Shown here one piece after another: positions 1 to 12,300 of a stretch of 64,000 bases of DNA (positions are counted from its first letter, which is position 1; every line of letters begins with the position of its first letter). The translations under genes were made by a program, and so were the position numbers. Below the pieces are notes generated by a model. That model made no database searches. It was not told where the DNA came from and saw nothing but the letters and a program-made list of their open reading frames with translations. Source of the DNA: Chiloscyllium plagiosum (lineage: Eukaryota); contig NC_057720.1 of assembly GCF_004010195.1 (NCBI RefSeq), positions 208,348 to 272,347 on the forward strand, given 5' to 3'.

Positions 1-172
1 AAGGCAGATCCCCCTCGAACCGCTTTTCCGCTTCCAATTTACAATTCCTACCCCCCCTCTTTTTTACCACCCTCCCTAATCTTACTGAAACATCTGTAAC
101 CAGGAACCTCCAACAACCATTCCTGTCCCTCTTCTATCCCTGTTTCCATGATGGCCACAACATCGCAATCCC
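1..172 (-). mobile_element. CR1 LINE fragment (endonuclease N-terminal region)
   Basis: The minus strand encodes DVVAIMET-like APE sequence, similar to 32166-32630. Confidence 0.6.
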
Positions 173-263
173 TGTTGCAGTGAATTGTCTAACTTAAAGC
201 TACAGGTTCAATCAGACAATAAACAAAGAGAATAACGAACAATTTCCGACAAGTAAAACTGAC

Positions 264-332
264 CAGTTTTCCTCTCTTGAACTCACTGAACCAGGAGCCA
301 GGAGTTTCCTTGGGCCAGGGAGAGATTCGAAC
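264..332 (-). CDS. COL11A1: Collagen C-propeptide exon, 69 bp ([23 protein letters not shown])
   Basis: Acceptor tgttgcag, donor gtcagt, phase 0/0; matches the 69-bp C-propeptide exon of clade-B collagens. Confidence 0.95.
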
Positions 333-3300
333 CTGCAACATAAGGAACAGATGTCTGATTACGTGAACAAAACTCATCGATCCAAGTCAGGAAATTAAAC
401 CATGATGTTAGGAGAAAAATTCCAATATGTGATAGTCACAGAGAAACATAGAACATAGAACATTACAGTACAGTACAGGCCCTTCGGCCTTCGATGTTGC
501 GCTGACCTGTGGAACCAATCTGAAGCTCATCTAACCTACACTATTCCATTCTCATCCGTATGTTTATCCAATAATCATTTAAATGCCCTTACAGTTGGCG
601 AGTCTACTACTGTTGCAGGCAGGGTGTTCCATGCCCCTACTACTTTGAGTAAAACTGACATCTGTCCTATGTCTATCACCCCTCAATTTAAAGCTGTCTC
701 CTTGTGCTAGCCATCATCATCCGATTCTCTTATATATCTCAATTAAGTCACTTCACAACCTTCTTCTCTCTAACTAAAACAGCCTCAAGTCCCTCAGCTT
801 TTCCTCATAAGACCTTCCCTCCATACCAGGCAACATTCTGGTAAATCACCTCTGCACCCTTTCCAAATCTTCCACATCCTTCCTATAATGCAGTGACCAG
901 AACTGTATGCAATACTCCAAGTGTGGCTGCACTAGAGTTTTGTACAGCTGCAGCAGAACCTCATGGCTCTGAAACTCAATCCCTCTCCCAATAAAAGCTA
1001 ACACACCGTATGCCTTCTTAACAACCCTATCAACCTGGGTGGCAACTTTCAGGGATCTATGTACCTGGACACCGCGATCTCTCTGCTCATCTACACTACC
1101 AAGAATTTTAACATTAGCCCAGTACTCTTTATTCCTGTTGCTCCTTCCAAAGTGAATCACCTCACACCTTTCTGCATTAAGCTCCATTTGCCACCTCTCA
1201 GCCCAGCTCTGCAGCTTATCTATGTCCCTCTGTCATCTGCAACATCCTTCCGCACTGTCCACAACTCCACTGACCTTAGTTAATTTGTAAATTTACAAAC
1301 CCATCCTTCTACATCATCATCTAGATCATATATTAAAAAATGACAAACAGCAGTGGCCACAAAAGAGATCCTTGTGGCACACCACTAGTAACCGAACCCC
1401 AGGATGAACATGTCCCATCAATCACCCCCCTCTGTCTTCTTTCAGCTAGCCAATTTCTGATCCAGACCGCTAAATCACCTTCAATGCCATGCCTCTATTT
1501 CGTGCAATAACCTATTGTGGGCAACCTTATCAAACACTTTACTGAAATCCATATACACCACATCAGCTGCTTTACCCTCATCCACCTGTTTGGTCACCTT
1601 CTCAAAGAACTCAGTAAGGTTTGTGAGGCACCACCTACCCTTGACTATCCCTAATCAACTTATTCCTCTCTAAATGATTATAAATCCTATCTCTTATAAC
1701 CCTTTCCAACACTTTACCCACAACCGAAGGAAGGTTCACAGGTCTATAATGACCAGGATTGTCTCTACTCCCTCTCTTGAACAAGGGGACAACATTTGCT
1801 ACCCTCCAGTCTTCTCGGCCTCCGCTAATAAAGACAAGAACATTATTTGCAATTCACTAATTTTCTGGCGCCTCCCTGAGTTCAGAGAAAACTGGAAGAT
1901 GGTGGTCAGTGTCTTTGCAAATTCTCCCCTCACTTCCCTCAAAATCCTTGGATGTATCTTAGCCAGTTCTGGTAGCTTGTCAAGGTTAAGTGCCAACGAT
2001 CTAACCAAGACATTATTCTCATTAATTTTGATTTCTACTCATGACAGAGTTTTACAAAGACGGATGCAGAGGATTCATTAGCTTTTATTGGGAGAGGGAT
2101 TGAGTTTCAGAACCATGAGGTTATGGTACAGCTGTACAAAACACTGGTGCGGCTGCACTGAAGTATTGTGTACAGTTCTGGTCACCACATTATAAGAAGG
2201 ATGTGGAAGCTTTGGAAAGGGTGCAGAGGAGATTTACTAGGATGTTGCCTGGTATGGAGGGAAGGTCTTATGAGGAAAGGCTGAGGGACGTGAGGCTGTT
2301 TTCGTTAGAGAGAAGAAGGTTGAGAGGTGGCTAGATTGAGACATATAAGATAATCAGAGAGTTAGATAGGGTGGACAGGGACAGCCTTTTTCCTTGGATG
2401 GTGATAGCTAGCACGAGGGGACATAGATTTGAATTGAGGGGTGATAGATATGGGACAGATGTCAGAGGTAGCTTCTTTACTCAGCGTGGAATGCACTACC
2501 TGCAACAGTAGTAAACTAGCCAACTTTAAGGACATTTAAATGGTCATTGGATAAACATATGGATGATAAGGAAATAGTGAAGGTTAGATGGGCTTCAGAT
2601 TGGTTTCACAGGTCAGCGCAACATCGAGGACCGAAGGGCTTGTACTGCGCTGTAATGTTCTATGTTCTATGTACCTCAGCCACGACCCTGTCTGTAAATG
2701 TGCCATTTGGTCTCTCATCAGCCTGATTCCTCCTTTAGCCTACCTCTTACTGTTTCTATGCCCATTGAAGATTTTGGGATTTCCCTTTTGTTAGCTGCTC
2801 GTCTTTTCTCATAATTCTTCTTTGTTTCTCCTATCGGCTTTTTCACACCAACCCTTCCCCCAAACCTTTAATATTCCTGTTGATTCAAAATCGTACTTAT
2901 TGCCTTGCTGTGATTCAGTGAGTTGTATCGGGTCCTGGGCGTTAATGTGGGCTGAGTTTTAAAGATGGCTGGACATACTGAAATTGCAGAGAGCACAGCA
3001 ATGGGATGTTTGAGCTTCATAAATGGAGACGTTGAGCAGGGAGCTGATTGCTAGGGCACAGTGAGAGGATTATTTCCTGCTTGTGGTCACTATCCCTTTG
3101 TGCTGAAATCACTCTCTGGTTCCATGAAGCTGGGAGTGGGATGAATGGATAGTTCTTTGACAGATCTAGTATGGGTGGGATCAGCTGAATGCCGTGCTCC
3201 TGAGCTGATGGTTTGTATGAAATAATGAAGTACTCACGCCATCAGATTTCCTGTCGGGATAGATACAGGTCTCGCCTCCACTGGTGAAGTTGCAGTACAC

Positions 3301-6300
3301 CTTGAAGGAATCTCCATAGCAACCTTGGTTTGGATCAATCCAATATTCACCTGATGGGGAGTAGAGACAGAAAGACACATCCTTACAGTGTGAGAATGAT
3401 TCGACTGCCTGCACAGCCCCATCAGCAACAAAATGTAGCAGAACATTCCAGAAACATAAAGCAAGCTCAACATACAGAAAAATATCCAATTTCCAGCAAT
3501 GAAACAAACCATTCAGCCCATCTGCCCCAAGTGTCCCACATTCCCATTTCCACAGGGGTGGGGGAGGAGAGAATCCCACAATCTCTCTCTAATCTCTTGG
3601 TGAAGAATGTTTTCCTGAACTCCTGATTGGATTTATTAGGAATCATCTTACAATTATGGCTTCTAATTTTAAACTCCTCCACATTTCACATCATCCACCC
3701 TTTCAATTCAATTTTTAAATTTAAAAGCTCACTCAACTCTCGTGACACAATTCTAAAGAAAACTAATCCCTCTCTTTCAACCTCCCTGATTGAAATCTTC
3801 TAGCTTGGTGATCTTTTTGTGAATTTTCCCTGTGTCTTCTCTAGTACCCCTCTGTCCTCAGTCCTTGTGATTTATAAACATAATCACTGCTCTTTCAGTG
3901 TCACTGGGTCAAACTCCTGGAATTCTCTGCCTAAGGGTCAATCGATAGCATATGAATTGAATTGTCATTAACGTGAAAGAGAACCCCAAAACCAGCCAGC
4001 ACTTTGTAAATAGTTAACAGATGGCAAGAGGAGTGGGTGTGATCTGGGACAAGGAGGGTGCTGCATAGGGCAGGACTGGAATATTTAATGAGCACGTTGT
4101 CTCAGTGTTAATGATGGGGAGGTGCCGGTGTTGGACTGGGGTTAGCAAAGTCAGAAGTCACATGACACCAGGTTATAGTCCAACAGGTTTATTTGAAATC
4201 CCAAGCTTTCAGAGCATTGCTCCTTCATCAAGTGAAGTAGAGGGACTCAGCAAGTCGTGAGTTCATGGAATGCCCTGCCAGTAGCAGTGGTGGACTCACC
4301 CTCATTATGGGCATTTAAGCGGGCATTGGATAGGCATATGGAGGATAGTGGGCTAGTGTAGGTTAGGTGGGCTTGGATCGGCGCAACATCGAGGGCCGAA
4401 GGGCCTGTACTGCGCTGTATTCTTCTATGTTCTATGTTCTATGCTCAGACACAGACTTTATAGGCAGAGAGATAATGGCAAGACAATTCCAGTAATTAAG
4501 AGCATCAAAAGATACCACAAATGGTGTGAATGGAGGGTCGATCATTGCTATTCAGCTATTGACACCCTACTCACACCATCTGACTGTCTCATGATGACCT
4601 CCAGTATTGGGGAAAAATCCATCTGGGTCACTCATGGCTGACATGTGGCTCCAAACCCATGGGACTGTGGTTTACTTTTAACCCTACTCTGAAATGGTCC
4701 CATTCTAGGGCAGTGAGGATGTACAGTAATACTCAAACCCTAGATGTAGGGAAAGAAGAACAAAAAGCAATGAACTATAATCACACTATACAAAACTATT
4801 TGGAAGAACTAACTATTTGGTAGAATCTTACATACCCTCTGGGCAATTAGGAATGTTGAATGCTGCACTGTCCAGCAACACCCACATTCTTTAATTTATT
4901 ACAAAAAACTGGAAGTTATTTTTGCATTTCAGGATATCCTTGGAATAACAAACAGTTTTAGACATGAGCAGGACCCAATAGTGTCTGAGGTCCAGAACAT
5001 TCTTCCACAAAAATGGGGGTGTGCAAACAGGGGGTCAATCAAGCTTTTAAGACCAAGATGGTGGATTTTTGTGGAGTTAGAAAAATGGAGCCAAGCAGAT
5101 AGAAATTGTTAAGAGTCATAGAGTCATACAGCATAAAAGAGGCCCTTAAACCCATTGAGTCTGTGCTGACCCCTCTCTATAGGCCTTTATATTAAGATGT
5201 AGATGAGTCACCATCTAATGGACTGGAGTGTGTGTGTTGCTGAATGGCCTCTCCTCGTCCCTGTGTGTGTTGGAGTAAGATCAGGGGAAGGGTCTCCACT
5301 TTTCTCTGGGAATGGTGGCACAGGCTCAAAGGGCTGAATGGCCTGTCTGTAACGGTGCTAGATACTGAAGGAGCTCCACTCACCGTCTGGGAAGTCTGGA
5401 TGAGACAGCTGCAGGTCCTTACAGGTCCGGCCAGGGTTGCTGCGTGTTCCCATTGGATTCTTCATTCGATCAACTTCCATTTTCAAGTTATCAAGGGAGC
5501 CAAAGATGTCCTCCATCCCATTGGTGTAATCGAGAATGTTGTCAGCCTCATCAGCCTGGATCCCGTCAGAAGATCTCCGTGTTTTCTTTGGAGTCCGGAT
5601 TGGCAATGGCTGAATGACCTCACCAGGAGGGCCCTTGAATGATCAAATGGAATAGTGAGACAATCACACCCTTTGAGTGGATCACATCCTCCCCCGAGTG
5701 AACCAATCCCAATGCCAGGATTGATGTGCTGCCTGAAGAAGTGGGTCGGGGGGGGGGGGGGCGGGGGGCGGGGGGGAGGGGGTGGCAGATTCAATAACAA
5801 CTTTTAAAAATGATTCAGGGAAATGCAGGACAGTGGGTTAGTTTATAGGGAAAGAGCAAAGGGGAGTGAGATTAATTGAAGATACCGTTCAAGGAGTTTG
5901 CACAGAGAATGGCCTCTTGCTGTGCAGCATGTTGAGTGTGAGTTAGAATCACACAGAGTGACTGCCTTGCCTGGTGTTCCCTTCAATGAAGAGGGTGAAC
6001 CAGCTGTTGACTCTGATCCTGCATTTTGGATGAACACGTTAAACTGACCTCGTGGATGTTATCTGTCCCAGTTACTGTCATTGTGGTCAGGTCAGCACTG
6101 ACAAATAGCAGAATCCCGAGAGCTGAGGGGAGGTGATGGCCCGGTGGTATTATCATGAGACTACACAGTCATTCTCACAGAATCATACCCTACAGACAAT
6201 GTCCCAGACACCACCATCACCATCCCTGGTCAAGCCCTGTCCCACCGGCAGGACAGACCTAACAGAGGTGTGGGAAAATGGGATACAGGGAGGGATGGAG

Positions 6301-9300
6301 TTGCCCTAGGGGTCCTCAAACCTGACTCTGCACCTCAATAAGTCACATAGCTTCAGATTAAACCTGGACAAGGAAACCTCTTGCTGACTACCATGTATTG
6401 TCTTCTCGTGACTGATGGGTTAGTACTCCGTGTTAGAGGGAGTGAGGACGGCAGATGCTGGATATCAGAGTTGAAGAGTGTGGTGCTGGAAAAACACAGC
6501 CAGTTAGGCAGCATCTGAGGAGGAGATTCGACAAGAGTCAGGCATAAGCCCTTCCTCAGGAATGTGGCCCTCCATGTTGGACAACACTTGGTTGAAGCCC
6601 TGAGGGGGGCAAGGGCACAGAATGTACTCTGAGGGGGACGGGGGGGAATCCCAATGTCCATCACCAAGAGTGACTCAGCAGCAGCATCACTGATCGAGCT
6701 GGTTGGGTCCTAAAGGATACCGCTGCTAGACTGGGTCAGTGACAGGTGGTGAGTGAACCAACAAGAGGGAAAAAACAAACTTGACCTCATCTTTACCAAT
6801 CTGCCATCTGCAGATATATCTGTCCATTACTGTATGTGACCACTGCACAGTCTTTGTGGAGATGAAGTCCCGTCTTCACATTGAGAATACCCTCCATCGT
6901 GTTGTGTGGCACTACCACCGTGCTAAACAGGACAGACTTCAAACAGATCGAGCAACTCAAGACTGGGCATCCATGAGGCACTGAGGGCCACCAACAGCAG
7001 CAGAACTGTACTCCAGCACAATCTGTAACCTCATGACCTGGCATATCCCCCACTCAACCATTACCCTGGTTCTACTGCTCCTTGGATGCTGCCTGAACTG
7101 CTGTGCTTTTCCAGCATCACTCTAATCTAGAACCCTGGTTCAATGGAGAGTGCAGGAGGGCATGCCAGTAACAGCACCAGGCATACCTGAAGATGGGTGT
7201 CAACCTGGTGACAACACCAATCAGGACTACTTGCCAAACAGCATAAGCAGCAAGTGATTGACAGAATTAAGTAATCCCACAATCAACAGATCAGATCTAA
7301 GCTCTGTAATTATGCCCACATCCAGTCATGAATGGTGGTGGACAATTAAACAACTCATTGGAGGAGGAAGCACCACAAATACCTCCATCCTGAATGATGG
7401 AGGATCCCAGCACATCAGTGCGAAAGGCTAAAGCATTGACAACAATTTTCAGCCAGAAGTGCTGAGTGGATGATCCATCTCGGGCTCCTCTGATAGTCCA
7501 CAGCATCACAGATACCAGTGTCGAGTCAATTTGATTCACTCCATGTGATGTCAAGAAACAGTTGGAAACACTGTATACTGCAAAGGAAACAGACCCTTCG
7601 ATCCAAGTCTTTCCTTCTGACCAGATATCCCAACCAAATCTAGTCCCACCTGCCAGCACCCGGTCCATATCCCTCCAAACCCTTCCTATTCATATACCCA
7701 TCCAGATGCTTTTTAAATGTAGCAATTGTACCAGCCTCTACCACATCCTCTGGCAGCTCATTCCATACATGTACCACCCTCTGCGTGAAAATGCTGCCCC
7801 TTAGGTCTCTTTTATATCTTTCCCCTCTCACCCTAAACCTATGCCCTCTAGTTCTGGACTCCCCCACCCCAAGGAAAAGACTTTGTCTATTTATCCTATC
7901 CATGCCCCTCAATTTCGTGAACCTTTATAATGTCACCCCTCAGCCTCCGACGCTCCAGGGAAAACAGCCCCAGCCTGTTCAGCCTCTCCCTACAGCTCAA
8001 ATCCTCCAACCCTGGCAACATCCTTGTAAATCCTTTTTGAACCCTTTCATGTTTAACAACATCCTTCTAATAGGAAGGAGACCAGAATTGCACGCAATAT
8101 TCCAACAGCGGCCTAACCAATGTCCTGTACAGCCGCAACATGACCTCCTAACTCCTGTACTCAATATTCTGACCAATAAAGGAAAGCATACCAAACGCCT
8201 TCTTCACTATCCTATCTACCTGCGACTTCACTTTCAAGGAGCTATGAACCTGCACTCCAAGGTCTCTTTGTTCAGCAACACTCCCTAGGACCTTACCATT
8301 AAGTGTATAAGACCTGCTATGATTTGCTTTCCCAAAAAGAAGCACCTTGCATTTATCTAAATTAAACTCCATCTGCCACTCCTCAGCCCATTGGCCCATC
8401 TAGTCAAGACCCTGTTGTAATCTGAGGTAACCCTCTTCGCTGTCTACTACACAAGTTGAATGTCTTGTAAAGAGGAAGAAGGAGGCTTACATAAGGTTGA
8501 GGAAACAGGGTTCAGACAGAGCGTTGGAGGGATACAGCATAGCCAGAAGGGCCCTGAAGAAAGGGATTAGGAGAGCCAAGAGAGGGATGAAAAATCTCTG
8601 GCGGATAGGATCAAGGATAACCCAAAGGCATTTTATGTGTATGTGAGAAACATGAGAATGACGAGAACGAGGGTAGGTCCAATCAAGGACAGTAGTGGGA
8701 GACTGTGTATTGAGTCGGAAGAGATAGGAGAGGTCTTGAATGAGTACTTTTCTTCAGTATTTACGAATGAGAGGAACCGTATTGTTGAAGAGGAGAGTGT
8801 GAAACGGACTGGTAAGCTAGAAGAGATACTTGTTAGGAAGGAAGATGTGTTGGACATTTTGAACAACTTGAGGATAGACAAGTCCCCCGGGCCTGACGGG
8901 ATATATCCTAGGATTATGTGGGAAGCAAGAGAGGAAATTGCAGTACCGTTAGCAATGATCTTTTCNNNNNNNNNNNNNNNNNNNNNNNNNNNNNNNNNNN
9001 NNNNNNNNNNNNNNNNNNNNNNNNNNNNNNNNNNNNNNNNNNNNNNNNNNNNNNNNNNNNNNNNNNNNNNNNNNNNNNNNNNNNNNNNNNNNNNNNNNNN
9101 NNNNNNNNNNNNNNNNNNNNNNNNNNNNNNNNNNNNNNNNNNNNNNNNNNNNNNNNNNNNNNNNNNNNNNNNNNNNNNNNNNNNNNNNNNNNNNNNNNNN
9201 NNNNNNNNNNNNNNNNNNNNNNNNNNNNNNNNNNNNNNNNNNNNNNNNNNNNNNNNNNNNNNNNNNNNNNNNNNNNNNNNNNNNNNNNNNNNNNNNNNNN

Positions 9301-12300
9301 NNNNNNNNNNNNNNNNNNNNNNNNNNNNNNNNNNNNNNNNNNNNNNNNNNNNNNNNNNNNNNNNNNNNNNNNNNNNNNNNNNNNNNNNNNNNNNNNNNNN
9401 NNNNNNNNNNNNNNNNNNNNNNNNNNNNNNNNNNNNNNNNNNNNNNNNNNNNNNNNNNNNNNNNNNNNNNNNNNNNNNNNNNNNNNNNNNNNNNNNNNNN
9501 NNNNNNNNNNNNNNNNNNNNNNNNNNNNNNNNNNNNNNNNNNNNNNNNNNNNNNNNNNNNNNNNNNNNNNNNNNNNNNNNNNNNNNNNNNNNNNNNNNNN
9601 NNNNNNNNNNNNNNNNNNNNNNNNNNNNNNNNNNNNNNNNNNNNNNNNNNNNNNNNNNNNNNNNNNNNNNNNNNNNNNNNNNNNNNNNNNNNNNNNNNNN
9701 NNNNNNNNNNNNNNNNNNNNNNNNNNNNNNNNNNNNNNNNNNNNNNNNNNNNNNNNNNNNNNNNNNNNNNNNNNNNNNNNNNNNNNNNNNNNNNNNNNNN
9801 NNNNNNNNNNNNNNNNNNNNNNNNNNNNNNNNNNNNNNNNNNNNGTGGTAGAGTCAGAATCTTTGGTGACCTTTAAGCGGCAATTGGATAGGTACATGGA
9901 TGGGTGCTTAAGCTAGGACAAATGTTCGGCACAACATCGTGGGCCGAAGGGCCTGTTCTGTGCTGTATTGTTCTATGGTCTACACCTCCGATTTTGGTGT
10001 CATCTGCAAATTACTAACTTTACCTCTTATGGTCACATCCAAATCATTTACATAAATGATGAAAAGTAGAGGACCTAGCACCAAGCCTTATGGTACTCCA
10101 CTGGTCGCAAGCTGTTCCAGCACAGTTACAACACTGACATCTACTCGACAATGTGAAAGATTGCCCAGAGGAGAGGGGAGAGTGACAGCCCTTATCAAGG
10201 CTGCATTCGACCGAGTGTGGCATCAAGGAGCCCTGGCAAAACTAGGTATCCAACAGCAAACTCTCTTGTGGTTGGAGTCATACCTAACACATAGGAAGAT
10301 GGCTGTGATTGTGGAGGGTCAGTCATCTCAGCTCCAGGACATCTCTGCAGGAGACCCTCAGGGTAGTGTCCTCGGCCCAACAATCTTCAGCTGCTTCATC
10401 AATGACCTTCCCTTCATCATAAGGTCAGAGGTAGGGATGTTCGCCAGTGATTGCACAGTGTTCAGCACCATCTGCAACTCCTCAGATGCGGAAGCAGTCC
10501 ATGTTCAAATGCAACAAGATCTGGACAATATCCAGGCTTGGGCTGACATGTGGCAAGTAACATTCATGCCACACAAATGCCAGGCTGTGACCATCACCAA
10601 TAAGAGACAATCTAACCATCATCTTTTAACATTCAGTGGTGCTACCACCACCGAATCCCCTATTATTAACATCCTGGGGGTAACCATTGACCAGAAAGTC
10701 AATTAGACATACCATGTAAACACAGTGGCTACATGAACAGATCAGAGACTAGGAATAGTGTGGTAAGTAGCTCCCCTCCTCACTCCCCAAACCCTGTTGA
10801 CTATCTACAAGGCACAAGTCAGGAATGTGATGGGATTTGCCATTTACTTGGATGAGTGCAGCTCCAACAACACTCAAGGAGTTTGAAACCATCGAAGGCA
10901 GAGCAGCCATTTGATTGGCACCACATCGACAAGCAGCCTGTTCCTCCCCCACCCAAGCTCAGCAGCAGCAGTGTGTACTATCTACAAAATGCACTGCAGA
11001 AATTCACCAAAGATCCTCAGTCTGCACTTTTTAAACCCATGACCACTTCCAACTAGAAAGTCAAGGGCAGCAGATTCATGGGAACACCACCCCTTGCAAA
11101 ATTCCTGGAAATGCCTCCCTAAGGGCATTTCAAATCAACCTACAGCACATGGACTGCAGCGGTTCAAGAAGGCAGCTCACCCCCACCTTCTCAAGGGGCA
11201 ACTAGGGCTGGGTAATAAATACTGGCCCAGCCAGTGACACCCACATCCCACAAATGAATAAATATAAACCGAGTATCATGCTCACTTCAGACAGCGGTAA
11301 AGAGTTACCCAAGTTCCCACGTGCATTAGGACTGCAGCTTGTCTCTGTGAAGGACAGTGGTGAACCAGATGGGTTTTTAATGGCACCACCACAGCTTTAC
11401 TGAGAGCAGGGGATTACAAGTTGTTGTAATTCTCAGCACAGTGCGCAGACCTCTCTTCACCCACCACACCCACTGTAGGGTGGTTGTCAACTCATTGACC
11501 TGAAACCTGGCTTCACTACTGAACATTACGGCGGTGGGGGGGGGCAGCCTGGATCACACCCATCCTCCGCTGAGCCCTCCATATCCACCAACCTTCAAAT
11601 ACAACAGTGATGAGGAAGGTGGTGGGGGGTGTATGTGAACATGATTTCCAGCATATTGTCTTGGCTCTTAATCTGTGATCGATCTAATTCCCATCTCCAG
11701 AGGTTTCAAATTTCAGAGGATAAGATGGATATTGCACTTTGGAATTTCTAGGTAAGGATTTTCGAGGCCAGGCTGGGCTGAGAAATTGTGTTAATTTGAT
11801 ATTGATTAAAACATTACAAATCGGTGCTTAGCAAAATGGATGGATTTTCTGGCATTGCTCTATAAACAGTTAGCGGCAGGGACTGAGTTCTGGGCAATTT
11901 AAAATTGTTCAAATTCTTTCATTACAACAAGGATCACACATTAAACTATTTCATTGGTTGTGACAAGCTTTGGGACGGCTTGAGATTCTGACAGGTGCTA
12001 TAGAAATGCAGGTCCTGTTTTTCACTTTCTGTTGAGTAAGTTCCTGGATCAACATTTCAGCCAATCCATATCCATACTGTTTCCCACAGCTGCTCATCAC
12101 TTACAGGAGGCCCAGGAGGTCCCATCAATCCAGTGTCTCCTTTCTGCCCAGCAGGACCCTGAAAACAAGAAGAAAGACTTAGCAACACAAGACACTGCCT
12201 AGGAAGCTCTCACTGTCCCTCACACACTCTCTCGCCCACACTTCCTCTGGTGCTCATGCTCTCTCTCTCTCACTCACTCATGGCCTTTCTCTCTTTCTTG

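Noticed and set aside
333..3237. A second, mutually exclusive 69-bp C-propeptide exon as in COL5A1 (64A/64B)
   Set aside because: No such exon was seen in this intron or in 1-263; it cannot be excluded beyond the window edge.
5748..5783. Poly-G tracts (also 28617-28658) as functional G-quadruplex elements
   Set aside because: Simple homopolymer runs with unreliable length and no supporting context.
8637..9916. Long ORFs of 327-404 aa in the ORF track
   Set aside because: They run through the 878-N gap; the real part is CR1 ORF2.
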